From NCBI RefSeq assembly GCF_046119375.1, contig NW_027362765.1:61628001-61692000 (forward strand): DNA of 64,000 bases. The letters are read 5' to 3'. Each line of letters opens with the position of its first letter. Positions within the stretch are counted from its first letter, which is position 1. Source of the stretch: Phyllobates terribilis (taxonomy: Eukaryota). A model generated the notes under the pieces. It saw only the letters and a list, made by a program, of their open reading frames with translations, did no database searches and was not told the origin of the DNA. The translations under genes were made by a program, and so were the position numbers. Of this stretch, positions 22,020 through 35,296 are shown piece by piece.

Positions 22020-23473
22020 CTAACCTGTGTGAATTCTCTGATGTCCAACAAGTTTTGCATTCTGATTAAAACATTTCCCACATTCTGAACATGAAAATGA
22101 CTTCTCCACTGTATGAGTTCTCTGATGCTTGACAAGTTCAGATTTCCTCAAAAAACATTTCCCACATTCTGAACATGAAAATGGCTTCTCCCCTGTGTGA
22201 ATTCTCTGATGTGTAACAAGTTCAGATTTCCTAGAAAAACATTTCTCACATTCTGAACACGAAAAAAATGGCTTCTCCCCTGTGTGCTTTCTCTGATGCG
22301 TAACAAGTTCAGATTTCCGAGAAAAACATTTCTCACATTCTGAACTCGAAAATGGCTTCTCCCCTGTGTGAATGTTGTGATGTCTATCAAGTTTTCCTTT
22401 CTGACTAAAACATTTTCCACATTCTGAACACGAAAATGGTTTTTCGCTTGTGTGAATTCTCTGATGTGTAACAAGTTCAGATTTCCTAGAAAAACATTTC
22501 TCACATTCTGAACACGAAAAAAATGGCTTCTCCCCAGTGTGATTTCTCTGATGTGTAACAAGTTCAGATTTCCGAGAAAAACATTTCTCACATTCTGAAC
22601 ACGAAAATGGCTTCTCCCCTGTGTGAATTCTCTGATGTTGAACAAGTTCACCGTTCGTAGAAAAACATTTCCCACATTCTGAACACGAAAATGGCTTCTC
22701 CCCTGTGTGAATTCTTTGATGTCTCACAAGACTTTCTTTCCGATTAAAACATTTCCCACATTCTAAACATAAAAACGGCTTTTCTCCTGTGTGAATTATC
22801 TGATGTGCTACAAGTTTGTATTTCATACTATATTGTTTCCCACATTCTGAACATGAAAATAGCTTCTGCCCTGTGTGAATTCTCTGATGCATCATTAAAA
22901 CTGATTTTTGTTTAAAACGTTTTCCACATTCAGAGCATGAGAATGCCTTGTTCCCCTCATGACTTATCTGATGCCTATCAAGATGTGATTTGTCTGTAAA
23001 ACATTTCCCACATTTTGAACATGAAAATGGTTTCTCCCCTGTGTGACGTCTCTGATGTCGAACAAGATAAGATTTCCTAAAAAAACATTTCCCACATTCT
23101 GAGCACGAAAATGGCTTTTCCCCTGTGTGAATTCTCTGATGTTGAACAATTTCAAATTTCGTAGAATAGCATTTCCCACATTCTGAACATGAAAATGGCT
23201 TCTCCCCTCTGTGAATTCTCTGATGTATAATGAGTTTTGCTTTCTCATTAAAAAATTTTCCACATTCTGAACATAAAAATGGTTTCACCCCTATGCAATC
23301 TATTTTATGTTCAACAGCTCTTCTGTGACTTTTGTTTTGCAAATTTGTCTTTGATGAAGCAGAAGTAAGGACCTTGGCTTGAGGTGTATCTGGTATAATG
23401 ACATGTTGTTCACATGTTTCTGTTGCAAAATCTGAGAATATCAAATGTCCTTCTGAGCTCCTAGTACAGTCAT
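22020..23473 (-). CDS. C2H2 ZNF gene, coding exon 6 (15-finger array)
   Basis: Acceptor TTCTTGGCAG, open frame, repeated CxxCxK...HxxxH-TGEKPF, stop TAG at 22020-22022. Confidence 0.95.
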
Positions 23474-23599
23474 CTGCCAAGAATAAAACTGATGTTATAA
23501 TTTTTTAATAACAGTGCAATGGAATTATATTAATATTTATAATATTCTATATATCATTTCCATACAAACTGTAATACAATCGAATTACTAACAGATTAA

Positions 23600-23974
23600 G
23601 GCTGTGTGCCCACGATGCGTTTTTGGTGCGTATTTTGGTGCGCATTTGTAGCGCATAAACGCTCCAGAAACGCATTGCATACCTTATCCCATGACTTCCT
23701 ATGATATTCTGCAAGTTCTGTGCACATAGTCCGTATTTTTTCTGCGCAGATTTTACTCGCAGAAAAAAATACGGACATGACCAATTCTTGTGCGTTTCTG
23801 CATGCGTATTTGCCTATACAATGCATTGGAAAAACTCATGGCAAATACGCATGCAAATACGCGTCAAATACGCGTCAAAAACGCATGTAGAAAACGCATG
23901 CGTTTTTCTGCCAAGGAGATGCAGAAATGCTCAGGAAAATTTCTGCTTCATTTCTGCATCGTGGGCACTAAGCC
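23600..23974. mobile_element. PIF/Harbinger-type MITE
   Basis: TIR GGCTGTGTGCCCACGATGC...GCATCGTGGGCACTAAGCC; flanks TAA and TAT. Confidence 0.75.
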
Positions 23975-24134
23975 TATGACCATAAAAGAGGGATTGATAG
24001 CTTATGATTTTTTAAAGTTTCAATTGAAGCCTTCTTCTCTGTAGGTTGATGCTTCACTGTGCCCAACACCAATCGTTCCAAGTTACATGAGAAAACTCAC
24101 AATGGGTTCTGTAATTAATTTTATTAGGTCATTC

Positions 24135-25350
24135 CAGCTGATACACTCAGTGTCTCCCACTCACACACCACCTCCTCATCTCGCCTCCTATCTGTCGGTA
24201 TCCCCCAAGGCTCAATTCTAGGACCCCTGCTCTTCTCCATCTACACCTTCGGCCTTGGACAGCTCATAGAGTCTCACGGCTTTCAGTATCACCTCTATGC
24301 TGAAGACACACAGATCTACCTCTCCGGACCTGCTATCACCTCCTTACTAACCAGAATCGCACAATGTCTGTCCGCTATTTCATCTTTCTGCTAGATTCCT
24401 AAAACTTAACATGGATAAAACTGAATTCCACCATCTCACTCAACCCCCCCACCTGACCTAACTATGAAATTCAATGGCTGTCCACTCTCCCCAGTCTCGC
24501 AAGCTCGCTGCCTCGGGGTAACCCTTGACTCTGATCTCTCCTTCAAACCACATAACCAAGCCCTTTCCACATCCTGCCGACTCCAACTCAAAAATATTTC
24601 CCGGATCCACACATTCCTCAACCATGAATCTGCAAAAACACTAGTAAAAAGCATGCCCTCATTATCTATCGACTCGACTACTGCAACCTCCTGCTCTGTG
24701 GCCTCCCTTCTACCACTCTCGCACCCCTGCAATCTATCCTAAACACTGCTGCCCGACTAATCCACCTGTCTCCCCGCTATTCCCCGGCCTCTCCTCTCTG
24801 TCAATCCCTTCACTGGCTCCCCATTGCCCAGAGACTCCAGTTCAAAACCCTAACCATGGCATATAAAGCCATCCACAACCTGTCTCCTCCACACATCTGT
24901 GACCTAGTCTGCCGGTACTTACCTGCATGCAACCTCCGATCCTCACAAGATCTCCTGCTCTAATCTCCTCTTATCTCCTCTTCCCACAATCGCATACAAG
25001 ATTTCTCCCGTGCATCCCACCTACTCTGGAACGCTCTACCCCAACATATCAGACTCTCGCTTACCGTGGAAACCTTCAAAAGGAATCTGAAGACCCACCT
25101 CTTCAGACAAGCATACAACCTGCAGTAACCACCGCTCCACCATACCGCCATCTTTACCCTCACCTACTGTATCCTCATCCATCCCTTGTAGATTGTGAGC
25201 CCTCGCGGGCAGGGTCCTCGCTCCTCCTGTACCAGTCGCTGACTCATTTTTGTTCAAATTATTGTACTTGTTGTTTGTTAAGTATACCCCTTTTAAACCT
25301 GTACAGCACCAAGGAATTAATGGAGTTATAATAATAATAATAATAATAAT
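24135..25350 (+). mobile_element. 5'-truncated L2-type LINE
   Basis: RT remnant ([16 protein letters not shown]) with a (TAA)n tail; paralog of 46020-47244. Confidence 0.88.
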
Positions 25351-25439
25351 ACACTCTGACAGGCTCAAACAATAATAGTAAAGCCTCCATGTTTCAGAGC
25401 TGGTATGAGGTTTTTATACTTTGTTTTTGTTTCTCCACA

Positions 25440-26189
25440 CATAACACTTCTCATTTAATTGAAAAAGCTTTATTTTGGTCTCATTGTCCAAGTAAACATT
25501 GTTTCAATAGCCTTCAGGCTTATCCAGGTAATCTTTAGTAAACTGTAAACCAGTAGCAATGTTCTTTTTGAAGAGCACTGGCTTTTTCCTTGCATTGTTT
25601 TTCAATGTCCTACTGATGGTGGACATATGAATATTAACATAGGCTAATGTTAGAGTGACCTTTAGTTCCTTGGAACCTGCCTTGGGTTGCTTTGTGACAT
25701 ATCAGACTTTTATAGGATTTGCTATTGGAGTGATCTTTGTTAGTCAACACTTCTGGGGCACAGTATTAACAGTCTGCTATTATCTCCATTTCTGTATACA
25801 ATATCTGACTGATGATTGGATGAGTCCAAACTATAGAAATAATTTAGTAAACTTTTACAGCTGGATGAACATCAACAACTCCTCTTCTGAGGTCCTCATA
25901 AATCTCCTGTGTTTGTGATATGACATACTTCGACAAACATGTAAAGATCAGACTTTAATAGATCTTTTAGTAAAACAGGACGCCCACTTACTCTTGAGAT
26001 ATATAGTGATATTTATCATCCTTTTTAAATGGTGAAAAATAATCCAAGTGTAATATTTTTTACTTGTTTGTTTGATTTGGTTCTTTCCATCTACTTTTAG
26101 ACATGAGTGAAAATCTGATGCAGTTTTAGGCAAATTTATGCAAACATATGGAAAATTATGAAGGGTTCACAAACTTTCAAGCATCACTG
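25440..26189 (-). mobile_element. Tc1/mariner fragment
   Basis: TIR-like CAGTGATGCTTGAAAGTTTGTGAACCC next to TA at 26190-26191. Confidence 0.6.
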
Positions 26190-27004
26190 TAAGTCTATTG
26201 ACACCTTTGTGTGCAAAAAATATCTACATGTGTGGCTAAGTTTTTTGCATTTAACTTTCCTTCTCATGAAAAACTATCATAGAAGGTTTTTTCAAAATTT
26301 CCATGTTCAAAGGGAGGGTGGTTCCTCATTGCTGATCACATACTATGTTTTGATTTCATATGAAGTAGCAAAGTATAAGCCCATTCCCCTTCCAATTCTA
26401 CATCACTGAAAAGTCCCTGGGCAGCCCAGATCTAACTCCTCTTCAACTCTTGAACCAGCTGCTCACACCCCCTTGCTTTCATCTCTCATCCTTGTTTCCT
26501 TTTATTAGTGACATAGGATTGTAGCTCTAATGATGACTCATGCAAGGAAAAGAGATTTCATGCTTCTACACGGAGCTTAGAAGGATTGAGCAAGTTTGTT
26601 TTTCATCACCTAATGAAAAACAGAATAAATAACTGAATAGAAGGAATTAATGAGCCATTGTAAGTACATAGCGTTATATAATTTGGTGATTACCCATATA
26701 TTAATTATATAGTATGGTAATTACAATATATTAAGAGGATAAACACTTTGTTTGGACTACTTCTTTGACTGGCATTTGCCTTTCAATGAATTTGGAGCAT
26801 CTTACCTCACTACGACCCTTCATTAAGACTGGTGTGCACAGCGCAAATCTTAAACAAGCGGCCACTACATTTTTAAGCATAAAGTCCACATCAAAATTTC
26901 CTTGTGATCAAACTCTAAAAACAATTCCAACATATGAAGTTCTTATAAAAGCCAGTAAAGGAGTACAATCTGTGACTTCTCTGCATTTAGTGGTTACTAC
27001 TCAC

Positions 27005-27095
27005 CTGGGTAGTCATATGTAGGAATCTCCTCTTTACACTGCTCATCACCCCTCACATATGTCTCTGTAGTATTAATATGGATCAGATCTTCACC
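27005..27095 (-). CDS. ZNF gene coding exon 5 (GEDLIHINTTETYVRGDEQCKEEIPTYDYP)
   Basis: TTTCTTTCAG acceptor, GTGAGT donor, 91 nt, phase-compatible with exons 4 and 6. Confidence 0.9.
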
Positions 27096-27124
27096 CTGAA
27101 AGAAATATTGTAAAAGTCACAGAC

Positions 27125-28640
27125 AAATGAAGAAGTCGCATGACATGATTCAAGGGATGGAAGGCCTCTCATATGATAAGAGGTTGAAAACATTGGGCTT
27201 GTTTAGCTTAGAAAAGAGGCGCCTCAGAGAAGATCTCATTTACATGTATATGTTTGGTCAGTACAAAGGACTAGCACATGACTTATTCCTTCCAAAGACC
27301 ATACTAAGGACCAGGGGGCACTCATTACGGGTGGAAGAAAGATGATTCCGGAACCTAAACAGGAAAGGGTTCTTTAGGCTATGTGCCCACGATGCAGAAA
27401 TGAAGCAGAAAATTTCTGCAGCATTTCTGCATCTCCCTGGCAGAAAAAACGCATGCAGATTGTGCATGCGTTTTTCCTGCAGAATACATGCGGATCCACA
27501 TGCGTACCCACATGCGTTAACGCATGTGTTTCCGCATGCGGACTGACAAGCACTTTCCAGGCGATAGCATCACTTGGAAAGTGCTTGACAACTAGGTCAC
27601 ACTGTATAAATCCATGCAAAAGGCATTGATTTATATAGTGTGACCGTAAAAATAAAAAAATAAAGCTATACTTACCCCCGATCCCCCGCCGCGTGTGCTG
27701 TCGCTCTCGTCCTGGCTTCTTCCGGGTTGCCGGCATCTTGCGAGACCGCCTGCGGTCATCTCAGGTCCTGGAAGGAGAAGCGCTGCCGGCAAGCAGAGAG
27801 AAGCCGCAGGACAGGTGAATATAAACTTTATTTTTTATTTTATTCTTTTTTTTACAGGTACAATGGTACCCAGGTCTGGATGAGAGTCTCCTCTCCTCCA
27901 GAACTGGGTACCATCCACACATAGAGACGCATAGAATCCGCTTGTACAAATGTACAGAGACGGATTCTATGCGTCTCAATGCAAGTCAATAGCGGCGCTT
28001 CCGCAAAATTAATGAACATGCTGCGGATTTATTTGCGCTGCAGAAACGCTGCGGAAAAATCCGCAGCATGTGCATTGACATTGCGGAATGCCATTGGGGA
28101 CCATGGGGTGTGGATTACCATTCGTGTTTGATGCGTTTCCGCTGCGGAAATTCCGCAGCATAAATGCATGAAAAACGCATCGTGTGCACGCAGCCTTACA
28201 GTCAGAGCACTCAGACTGTGGAATTCCCTATCACAAGAGGTAGGAATGGCAGACACTATAACAGGTTTCAAAAAAGGCTGGATGATTTCCTCGATAACAT
28301 AACATTGTGTGCTACAGTCAAATTAGGCAAAATGTTACACCGATAGTAGTACTTTTAGTACGGTAATAGTAATTATGTAACTAGTATCATAATTAGGTTT
28401 GATCCAGGGTTATTGTACTGATCGCCTTTTCTCTGGGTCAAGAAGGAATTTTTCCCCTGTGACACAAATTGTCTGAAGGTGTCCTGGGGTTTTTGCCTTC
28501 TTCTGGATCAACAGTATAGGCACAGGATAGTATTAGTTAGTAAGTTAGTATTGTGTTAGTGTAGGGAGTATAATAGGGGGAGGAAGGTTGAACTTGATGA
28601 CCTAGGTCTTTATTCAACCTACGTTACTAAGTTACTATGA
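27125..28640 (+). mobile_element. CR1 LINE 3' fragment, interrupted by a MITE
   Basis: GLSYDKRLKTLGLFSLEKRRLREDLI and RKGFFTVRA..LWNS motifs; 3' end GTTGAACTTGATG...TTCAACCT. Confidence 0.85.
27377..28195. mobile_element. PIF/Harbinger-type MITE
   Basis: GGCT...AGCC termini with an exact TTA duplication splitting the CR1 sequence GGGTTCTTTA|CAGTCAGAG. Confidence 0.88.
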
Positions 28641-28720
28641 TTCAAAAGAACAGAAAAGATCATAAATGAACTTGATGATCAAAACTGACGTGACAGCAGC
28701 AGTTATCACATACCTGTATA

Positions 28721-30597
28721 GATCCAACCTGCTAATTCTAACCAGCAGTTTCCCTAACCAGGAAATTGTGAGAAGATCCAGACAACATCTAATGTCTATG
28801 ATCAGCTTTATCCTGTCATCTCCACCAAGTATAAAACATACACTGAATGGCCACATTGTGAGAAGATCCAGACAACATCTATGGTCTATGATCAGCTTTA
28901 TCCTGTCATCTCCACCAAGTATAAAACATACACTGAATGGCCACATTGTGAGAAGATCCAGACAACATCTAATGTCTATGATCAGCTTTATCCTGTCATC
29001 TCCACCAAGTATAAAACATACACTGAATGGCCACATTGTGAGAAGATCCAGACAACATCTAATGTCTATGATCTGCTTTATCCTGTCATCTCCACCAGAT
29101 ATAAAACATACACTGAATGGCCACATTGTGAGAAGATCCAGACAACATCTAATGTCTATGATCTGCTTTATCCTGTCATCTCCACCAGATATAAAACATA
29201 CACTGAATGGCCACATTGTGAGAAGATCCAGACAACATCTAATGTCTATGATCAGCTTTATCCTGTCATCTCCACCAAGTATAAAACATACACTGAATGG
29301 CCACATTGTGAGAAGATCCAGACAACATCTAATGTCTATGATCAGCTTTATCCTGTCATCTCCACCAAGTATAAAACATACACTGAATGGCCACATTGTG
29401 AGATGATCCAGACAACATCTAATGTCTATGATCAGCTTTATCCTGTCACTCCACCAGATATAAAACATACACTGAATGGCCACTTTGTGAGAAGATCCAG
29501 ACAACATCTAATGTCTATGATCAGCTTTATCCTGTCATCTCCACCAGATATAAAACATACACTGAATGGCCACATTGTGAGAAGATCCAGACAACATCTA
29601 ATGTCTATGATCAGCTTTATCCTGTCATCTCCACCAAGTATAAAACATACACTGAATGACCACATTGTGAGAAGATCCAGACAACATCTAATGTCTATGA
29701 TCAGCTTTATCCTGTCATCTCCACCAAGTATAAAACATACACTGAATGGCCACATTGTGAGAAGATCCAGACAACATCTAATGTCTATGATCAGCTTTAT
29801 CCTGTCATCTCCACCAAGTATAAAACATACACTGAATGGCCACATTGTGAGATGATCCAGACAACATCTAATGTCTATGATCAGCTTTATCCTGTCACTC
29901 CACCAGATATAAAACATACACTGAATGGCCACTTTGTGAGAAGATCCAGACAACATCTAATGTCTATGATCAGCTTTATCCTGTCATCTCCACCAGATAT
30001 AAAACATACACTGAATGGCCACATTGTGAGAAGATCCAGACAACATCTAATGTCTATGATCAGCTTTATCCTGTCATCTCCACCAAGTATAAAACATACA
30101 CTGAATGACCACATTGTGAGAAGATCCAGACAACATCTAATGTCTATGATCAGCTTTATCCTGTCATCTCCACCAAGTATAAAACATACACTGAATGGCC
30201 ACATTGTGAGAAGATCCAGACAATATCTAATGTCTATGATCAGCTTTATCCTGTCATCTCCACCAAGTATAAAACATACACTGAATGGCCACATTGTGAG
30301 AAGATCCAGACAACATCTATGGTCTATGATCAGCTTTATCCTGTCATCTCCACCAAGTATAAAACATACACTGAATGGCCACATTGTGAGAAGATCCAGA
30401 CAACATCTAATGTCTATGATCAGCTTTATCCTGTCACTCCACCAGATATAAAACATACACTGAATGGCCACATTGTGAGAAGATCCAGACAACATCTAAT
30501 GTCTATGATCAGCTTTATCCTGTCATCTCCACCAAGTATAAAACATACACTGAATGGCCACATTATTAGAGACACCTATCTAGTAGCAGGTTGGATT
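28721..30597. mobile_element. MITE-like element carrying a 90-bp tandem array
   Basis: 14-bp TIR (GATCCAACCTGCTA / TAGCAGGTTGGATT, 1 mismatch) flanked by TA on both sides. Confidence 0.6.
28765..30564. repeat. 90-bp minisatellite, about 20 copies
   Basis: Unit ATTGTGAGAAGATCCAGACAACATCTAATGTCTATGATCAGCTTTATCCTGTCATCTCCACCAAGTATAAAACATACACTGAATGGCCAC. Confidence 0.97.
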
Positions 30598-31489
30598 TAC
30601 TTTGGCCTTTAGGGACTCAGCAATTTATCGCGTCAAAGATTCTATAGTTCTGCAGGATTTTAGGATTTTAGGCCCATGAGGACATGATAGCTTCTTGCAT
30701 TTGCAGAAAATTTGCTGGAAGTCCTTTCAAGCATTAAACATCCCATTTTACCTCGTCCCTGAGATGCTCTATAGGATTCAAGGGAATCTGTCACCCCTGG
30801 GACATCTAAAGCTTACTAATATGGGCATACAGGTGATAGAAATGTTAAACTAGTTCTATCTGTATGCCTCATATTAGTGAACTTGTTGTTCAGAAATCTT
30901 ATTTTATATCTTTATGCTAATGATTCCTTCTAGGCCCCGGGGCGTGGGGCGCCCGGAAGAAATCCCTGCCTCCTCTCTTCATTATAATAGTACCTCTCTC
31001 CCCTGCACGTCACACTTGGTCTCATGATGTCAAAATATAAACAGCATGACGAATAGAACTGTTTAAATACCAATTCTAATTGAACCCCGAAATGTATTGG
31101 CTGATTTATGGATCAAACACCTTTTGTGAATTTTGCCATTAAGCCCCTTGTTAGAGAACAGCAAGTAGTTCAAAAAGTACTGAAACATTGAACAGTTGGA
31201 CATGAACATTGAAAAAGTTTAGAGATAGTCACATTAGGTTCACCTGAAAAGGTTACAGTGCATTTTAGGTGTATCCTGAAATTTCACCCGAAAGCTAAAT
31301 ATTTTTTATTTTTTTATTGTATGATGTAAACTTTCAAAGTGCAAACATTTAAAAGCAAAGATCCTAGCAAACCAAAACCTATTAGATCGTAAAGACTTGA
31401 ATGAGTATATCATAATTCAACAGCATTAATATAAAAATACAAATATAATCATCTTTTTTACATATGATTTATTATATATTTGTTATATA

Positions 31490-33062
31490 CATTGGTGTGA
31501 AAAAGTGTTTGCCCCCTTCCTGATTTCTTATTCTTTTGCATGTTTGTCACACTTAAATGTTTCAGATCACAAAATAAATGTAAACTAAAGACAAAAATAA
31601 CACAAGTAAACAAAAAGTGAACTTTTTAAATGAAAGTCTTTATTATTAAGGGAAAACGAAATCCAAACTTACAGAGCCCCGTGTGAAAAAGTGATTGCCC
31701 CCCCCCACCTTAAAACATAAATTAATTGTTTGAGAAGCTGAATTAAATTTCCCTATCCTGATTACTGTCACACCTGTTCTCAATCAAGAAATCACTTAAA
31801 TAGGACCTGCCTGACAAAGTGAAGTAGACAAAAAAATCCTCAAAAGCTAGACATCATGCTGCAATCCAGAGAAATTCAGGAACAAATGAGAAACAAAGTA
31901 ATTGAGATCTATCAGTATGAAAAAGGTTATAAAGACATTTCTAAAGCTTTGGGACTCCAGCAAATCACAGTGAGAGCCATTATCCACAAATGGCGAAAAC
32001 ATGGAACAGGAGTGGCCGGCCGACCAAAATTACCCCAAGAGCGCAGCGACGACTTATTCATGAGGTCACAAAAGACCCCACAAAAACATTCAAAGAACTG
32101 CAGGCCTCACTTGCCTCAGTTAAGGTCAGTGATCATGACTCCACCATAAGAAAGAGACTGGGCAAAAATGGCATGCTTGGCAGAGTTCCAAGACAAAAAC
32201 CATTGCTGAGCAAAAAGAACATAAAGGCTCATGTCAGTTTTGCCAGAAAACATCTTGATGATCACCAAGACTTTTGGGAGAATATTCTGTGGAATGAAGA
32301 GACAAAAGTTGACCTTTTTGGGAGGTGTATGTCTCATTACATCTGGCGTAGACGTAACACAGCATTTCAGAAAAGGAACATCATACCAACAGTAAAATAT
32401 GGTGGTGGTGGTAGTGTGATGGTCTAAAGCTGTTTTGCTGCTTCAGGACCTGAAGACTTGCTGTGGTAAATGGAACCATGAATTCTGCTGTCTACCAAAA
32501 AATCCTGAAGGAGAATGGCCGGCCATCTGTTCGTGACCTCAAGCTGATGCGCACTTGGGTTATGCAGGAGGACAATGATCCACACCAGCAAGTCCTCCTC
32601 TGATTAGCTTAAGAAAAACAAAATTAAGACTTTGGAGTGGCCTAGTCAAAATCCTGACCTTAATCTGATTGAGATGTGGAATGACCTTAAAAGACAACTC
32701 ATGCTCGGAGGCCCTTCAATGTTGCTGAATTACAACAATTTTGCAAAGATGAGTGCGCCAAAATTACTTCAGAATGTTGTAAAAGACTCATTGCCAGTTA
32801 AACGCTTGATTGCAGCTGTTGCTACTAAGGGTGGCCCAACCGGTTATTAGGTTTAGGGGGCAATCACTTTTCACACAGGGCCCTGCAGGTTTCTTTTTTC
32901 CTTAATAATAAATACCTTCATTTAAAAACTGCATTTTGTGTTTACTTGTGTTATCTTCGTCTAATATTTAAATTTGTTTTGTGATCTGAAACATTTAAGT
33001 GTGACAAACATGCAGAAGAATAAGAAATCAGGAAGGGGGGCAAACACTTTTACACACCACTG
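31490..33062 (+). mobile_element. Full-length degenerate Tc1 transposon
   Basis: TIRs CA(T/G)TGGTGTG(A/T)AAAAGTGTTTGCCCCC, TA duplication, broken transposase at 31856-32850 (WNEETKVDLF, WPSQNPDLNLIE). Confidence 0.93.
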
Positions 33063-34229
33063 TATTTGTTAATGATTATTTTGTTCGTTTTTTTTTAAAT
33101 AATGTATTTATTTATTGTATTTATATATTAATGTTGTTAGAAATATGATACTTATTCAAGTCTTGTAACTAAGAACTAATGAAGACAGGTGTGGTTTGTT
33201 ACAATTGTTGCTTTAAATTGTTCACACTTTGTAAGTTCAGATTATTCCATGAAGAAAAACTAGTAAAGTTCAAAAAGTCTTTCCCTACCCCACTTTCGCG
33301 TCTGTCTGTATGTCATTTTATTGGATAAGAAATAAAGAAGATTTTTTTGTAATATTTTAAAGGCAGTGCTGGACTATGTTGTGGAAATCTTTGTTCACTT
33401 TGTTGTAAGAACTTAGTTGGAGATTGAGAGAGGTGGAAGAGAGAAGAAGTGAGAGACTGAGAAGCAATGAGAAGATTGGATCAGGGTGTGTGATAAGGAA
33501 GGATGAGGACAACGTGTTTCTAAACTGACCCCGATACTGATACGTGGCTGAGACAATGGAGTACAGCTGGTAAGACTTGGCACCAATTACAGTATCCGGT
33601 AAAAAAGAAGTAAAAGCTACTCTAGTGGAAATGGGCCAAAAGTACAAAAAGGCCCAGGTTAGTTTTTATGGACCCTGAGACGGCAAGGACAAAGACTTGG
33701 AGTTTAAAAAAAAGTCTAGATAGTCAAGCCGGGTCACGTATTGTACACTGGAAGTGGACAGCATGGAAAAGGAGTCAGAAAAGATGAAGGGCCAGAGAAA
33801 GCTAATAACTGTAACTACTGGTTACTGTATGAAACTGTTAACCATGTTCCTCTGTTGGAAACAGAAGATTTGATTGACAAGTTATGTACCTGCTCTTCTC
33901 TATATTTGTAGTACATCATTAAAGTTCAGTTTATTTTCATATCATGGCTTTAATCATTATTTGTCAATACTTTATAGCTGGAGTTCCTGTGTCATCTGAA
34001 CGTACGTGGCCATAGAGGGAAACATCTGCAAAAGTTAACAATATGCACATCATGGAACTCGTTTCACTGGTGTCTAGGATCAGAATAGCCTGTGTGACCC
34101 TTACACTGAAAACAATCCATGAACTACATGATCCTTATGGAATGGGTCATTGTCCTATCCAACAGTAAACAGATGCTATGAAGGAATGAACTTGTTTTTG
34201 TGTCACAATGTTTAGGTAAGGTCTAGTGT

Positions 34230-34560
34230 CTAAAAATTCATCAACAGGTAACCAAGGACCCGGGATGAACCCATTCCTCGCACAATTACACCACCAGTCT
34301 GAAATGTTGACACCAAACAGGAAGGATACACGGATTTATGCTGCTTGTGCCAAATTCTGACTCTTCCATCATCAGGATGAAACAGCAACCAAGATTCCTC
34401 CAAATAATGTTTTCCACTGCTCAGTGATATCATTTTTGCCTAATGAAATTTTATTTCTTTTGGTTTCCCTAAGACAGCAATGACACTGGAACTGGTCACC
34501 TGCTGCTACAGCCCATCTATTCCTAGGGATGATGAATGTATTCTAATATATTATATATGC
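34230..34560 (-). pseudogene. Tc1 transposase fragment
   Basis: DGRVRIWHKQHKSVYPSCLVSTFQTGGVIV resembles the Tc1 catalytic region. Confidence 0.6.
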
Positions 34561-34731
34561 TGCACTACACGGTCATGTGTCTAACAGGTTTCGGATGCAA
34601 GTGTGAAAGTGTCGCTAATTAATTGGCCATTCAGAGTATAATACTACTGGATAAAGAAAGACTGAACACAAGACCTTCACAGCCTTCTATGCATGATAGG
34701 GAAGATATAATGACATCTTCTCTCCATCTAC

Positions 34732-34826
34732 CTGATGATCCTGAGGAACATTTGGATTTTCTTTACTGTCCTGTGGAAGAAGAGGACGGGGACATCTCTC
34801 TGGTGTTTTCCTCTTACTGGATAAAA
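34732..34826 (-). CDS. ZNF gene coding exon 4 (LSSKRKTPERCPRPLLPQDSKENPNVPQDHQ)
   Basis: TTCCTCCAG acceptor, GTAGAT donor, 95 nt, correct phase. Confidence 0.88.
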
Positions 34827-34909
34827 CTGGAGGAAACACATACAGGGACTGAATTCATTCTTTACATACAGATAATTATAGGCCATGTGTATTTAGTCTT
34901 GTCTATTAC

Positions 34910-35033
34910 CTGGTGATGTGAGGGGCTGGGGAACCTCCATCATGACGTCCTTGTACAGATCTTTGTGTCCTTCTAAATACTCCCACTCCTCCATGGAGAA
35001 ATAGATGGTGACATCCTGACACCTTATAGGAAC
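34910..35033 (-). CDS. ZNF gene coding exon 3, KRAB-A-like box ([33 protein letters not shown])
   Basis: AG/GT boundaries, 124 nt; DVxxxFSxEEWxxL...LYxDVM pattern of KRAB-A. Confidence 0.92.
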
Positions 35034-35116
35034 CTGACACATACAATGATACCGTCATCCCCCCGATCCCTTCATAGCGTTACTGTATAATGTCCCAGCA
35101 TTCCCAGCAGTGTCAC

Positions 35117-35296
35117 CTCTCCAGTCAGCAGCTCAATCATCTTGTAGGCGAGTTCTAGGATCTTCTGGTCATTGATGTCCTCATATATCAGGGGGTGAGG
35201 TGGAGGCCCCATGATTGGGCTCAGGGGTCTTCCCCATCCCTCAGACACAGGGGCCTGACAGCGCTCACTAGAGGTCTTCTTCACTACTGTGTAATC
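35117..35296 (-). CDS. ZNF gene coding exon 2 (DYTVVKK...MIELLTGE)
   Basis: CCATAACCAG acceptor, GTGACA donor, 180 nt, phase 0/0. Confidence 0.9.

Noticed and set aside
22148-23263. Alternative-frame ORFs in the zinc-finger exon
   Set aside because: Shadow frames of the finger repeat periodicity.
28765-30564. Hammerhead ribozyme satellite like newt satellite 2
   Set aside because: The closest motif is CTGATCA, not CTGATGA, and there is no GAAA/stem arrangement on either strand.
28635-30612. Long ORFs on both strands (up to 324 aa) with 30-aa repeats
   Set aside because: They arise from a 90-bp unit lacking stops in some frames; frames break at 89-bp monomers; the region is intronic and has no protein-family motif.
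33330-33800. Purine-rich stretch resembling retroviral coding sequence
   Set aside because: No recognisable motif or sustained reading frame.
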